Below, one piece after another: positions 62,193 through 64,000 of a DNA stretch of 64,000 bases (positions are counted from its first letter, which is position 1; every line of letters begins with the position of its first letter). The notes under the pieces were generated by a model. The model had not been told where the DNA came from and made no database searches. It saw only the letters and a program-made list of their open reading frames with translations. Made by a program: the position numbers and the translations under genes. Source of the DNA: Flavobacterium sp. (GTDB lineage: Bacteria; Bacteroidota; Bacteroidia; Flavobacteriales; Flavobacteriaceae); assembly GCF_046293665.1 (NCBI RefSeq), contig NZ_JBKBOL010000007.1:83950-147949 (forward strand), given 5' to 3'.

Positions 62193-64000
62193 TTAAAAGG
62201 TTATGTTGATGTTAAAACCGTATGTTCTTGTTGGAGGTGCTTGTGCTCCTGTGCTTAAACCAACATTATTTCCGGTTGTAAACGAGAATTCGGGATCAGT
62301 GTAATTTCTGTTTTGTTTTGGCAAAATCATAAATACATTTCTGGCGTTTAAACCTATTGATATGCCGTCAACTTTCAGGTTTTGAATCATTTTTTGGCTG
62401 AAAGTGTACGAAAGGGCAATCTCTCTACATTTGAATGCAGTAGCATCTAAAACAAAGTTCTCGTCAATTTCTCTATAAATTCCGGTAAAGTAATCTTGTC
62501 CACCGGAAGTTGTTACGCCTGTATTTTGAGTGTAAACTCCTGGGGCGGTTTCAATTACGGAATTAGGGAAAATGAAAGGTTCTCTTCCGTTTTGAGCTGT
62601 TACAATATCCGATCCGTTTTGAATCAAGCCATCTTTAACCCCGGCATAAAAAACGTGACCTGTTCTGTAGTCAAATACGCCCGTAAGTTTTAAGTTTTTG
62701 TATCTGATGTTTGTGGTAAGGCCTAAAATATAATCCGGAGTGGTTTTTCCAAGTTTTACATTGGTTGCTTTTAATGGGTCTCCGGTAGCGGCATCGATTA
62801 CTACGTTCCCGTTGTTGTCTCTCAAATAACCTGTTCCAACTATCATTGGGAATTGTTCTCCTTTTATAGCTGCAATTCCGGCAGTTCCTATATAACCGCC
62901 AACGGCTACTTGGTCAGAATTTGGTGTTACTTTAGTCACTTCAGTCTTTGGCGCACTATAACCAAATCTGAAATCCCATGTAAAATCTTCAGTTTTAACA
63001 GGTGTTACACCCAAATCAAATTCGATACCTTGAGAAACAGTTTCACCAATATTTATAGTTGCAGAAGCTGCACCTGAAGTCGTTGATGGAGAGGTTTGTA
63101 AAATTTGGTTTTTGTTATCTGAGTAATAGTAACTAGCATCAAAAGTAATTCTTCTTTTAAAGAATTCTAAGTTGACATTGAACTCTCTTGAAAGATTAAA
63201 TTCGTTTTCTAAATTAGCATCTGCTAAACTAATAGTTTGACCAAAAGAGTTAATGGTTGAATAAGGGAATCCTACAGCAGCGGCACTTACAAAACGATCA
63301 TTGATGTCGTATGGTCCAACAATGGCATTTCCAACTTTAACATAACTGGCAGATAGTTTGGCAAAAGTTAATGCTTTACCACCAAAGCCAGGGAAAGCTT
63401 TTGTTGGGATGAAAGAAACACCTCCGCTGTAGTAAAAGAATGGGTCATTGATCACTGATGTCCAGTCTTTTCTTGCGGTTAAGTTGAAGAATAGGTAATC
63501 TTTATAGCCCAAATCGACATTGGCAAAATAAGCAAAAGTTCTTTCTCTTGATTTAAAATCTGATGGTATGGCATTTCCTGTAATGTTTGACATATTGTAC
63601 AAACCAGGAATCACCAGTTTTTCGCCTCTTACCGATAAAGCATTGATTTCTGAATTCGTTATGTTGTTACCTACATTGGCTTTTAGTGTGATGTCTTTTG
63701 TCAATTCATAATCAAAGTTCAGTAAAACATCAGAATAAAGTGTTCTGGTATTGGTATTTCCAACTTCATATGAGGAAACATAATCAAATGGAGAATCCCA
63801 ATACACCACATCTGTTTTATAACCGTTAAAAAATTCGACTCTATTAAATGAGGTACTTCTGTAGCTGGCTCTGTAAGTAAGATCGATATTTTTGTTGAAC
63901 TTGTAATTCAGTTCGCCAACTCCTTCAAAGGTTTGTCCTTTATTGGAGATTCTTTCATTTTTCAACTTCCAGTATGGACTTAATTCCCAGTAAGTCCAGT
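62193..64000 (-). CDS. SusC/RagA-family TonB-dependent outer-membrane transporter, C-terminal part (5' end beyond window)
   Basis: The frame stays open to position 64000. It has beta-barrel strand periodicity and the terminal '...RTYGFNINITF'. Confidence 0.85.
   Translation of the reverse strand, partial: WTYWELSPYWKLKNERISNKGQTFEGVGELNYKFNKNIDLTYRASYRSTSFNRVEFFNGYKTDVVYWDSPFDYVSSYEVGNTNTRTLYSDVLLNFDYELTKDITLKANVGNNITNSEINALSVRGEKLVIPGLYNMSNITGNAIPSDFKSRERTFAYFANVDLGYKDYLFFNLTARKDWTSVINDPFFYYSGGVSFIPTKAFPGFGGKALTFAKLSASYVKVGNAIVGPYDINDRFVSAAAVGFPYSTINSFGQTISLADANLENEFNLSREFNVNLEFFKRRITFDASYYYSDNKNQILQTSPSTTSGAASATINIGETVSQGIEFDLGVTPVKTEDFTWDFRFGYSAPKTEVTKVTPNSDQVAVGGYIGTAGIAAIKGEQFPMIVGTGYLRDNNGNVVIDAATGDPLKATNVKLGKTTPDYILGLTTNIRYKNLKLTGVFDYRTGHVFYAGVKDGLIQNGSDIVTAQNGREPFIFPNSVIETAPGVYTQNTGVTTSGGQDYFTGIYREIDENFVLDATAFKCREIALSYTFSQKMIQNLKVDGISIGLNARNVFMILPKQNRNYTDPEFSFTTGNNVGLSTGAQAPPTRTYGFNINITF

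Noticed and set aside
1-64000. Mobile elements, prophage, CRISPR-Cas, restriction-modification, toxin-antitoxin or other known defence systems
   Set aside because: No transposase, integrase, recombinase, Cas, methylase/endonuclease pair or TA-like small gene pair was recognisable in any frame. RadC here is the ordinary chromosomal type in a housekeeping context. I cannot exclude divergent families without HMM searches.

Overview
The window reads as chromosome from a low-GC Bacteroidota genome, most like Flavobacterium. Evidence for this: T9SS C-terminal sorting domains, a SusC/SusD pair, TAnnTTTG -7 promoter boxes, no Shine-Dalgarno sequences, and K/N/I-rich proteins. I call about 45 CDS. I saw no rRNA, tRNA, CRISPR array, transposase, integrase or recognisable defence gene.

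Housekeeping genes: gcvP, dcp-like M3 peptidase, purE-purK, hpt-adk-CNNM-obg, mpl, radC, rarA, rlmB, MlaEF-like ABC pair, KAS III, and mannose-1-P guanylyltransferase.

These are interspersed with cell-surface cargo that looks accessory:
- Four giant T9SS-sorted adhesin-like proteins of 1156, 1348, 1906 and 1675 aa, about 18 kb of the window. The last two are tandem paralogs.
- A 2164-aa thioester alpha-2-macroglobulin (A2M).
- An S46 peptidase.
- A SusC/SusD locus with two Calx-beta-like lipoproteins and no glycoside hydrolase.

Most unusual observations:
1. The A2M carries a SusC-type carboxypeptidase-regulatory-like plus Plug module exactly where the protease bait region normally sits. The gene is bracketed by two identical 34-nt terminator hairpins.
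2. A family of 3-5-copy, 6-8-nt-period direct repeat arrays fills intercistronic spacers. Each array ends 2-10 nt before the downstream start codon.
3. A GbsR/MarR-type regulator and a downstream operon (three small multi-TM proteins plus an SRPBCC protein) are each preceded by the same AAACTTTCA-N8-TGAAAGTTT palindrome.
4. A 4+4 inverted CACAGAG/CTCTGTG array has 10-bp phasing.
5. Two genes have a TAnnTTTG box only 4 nt from the ATG, which suggests leaderless transcripts.

All calls come from reading the sequence and the ORF translations. No database or HMM search was run.
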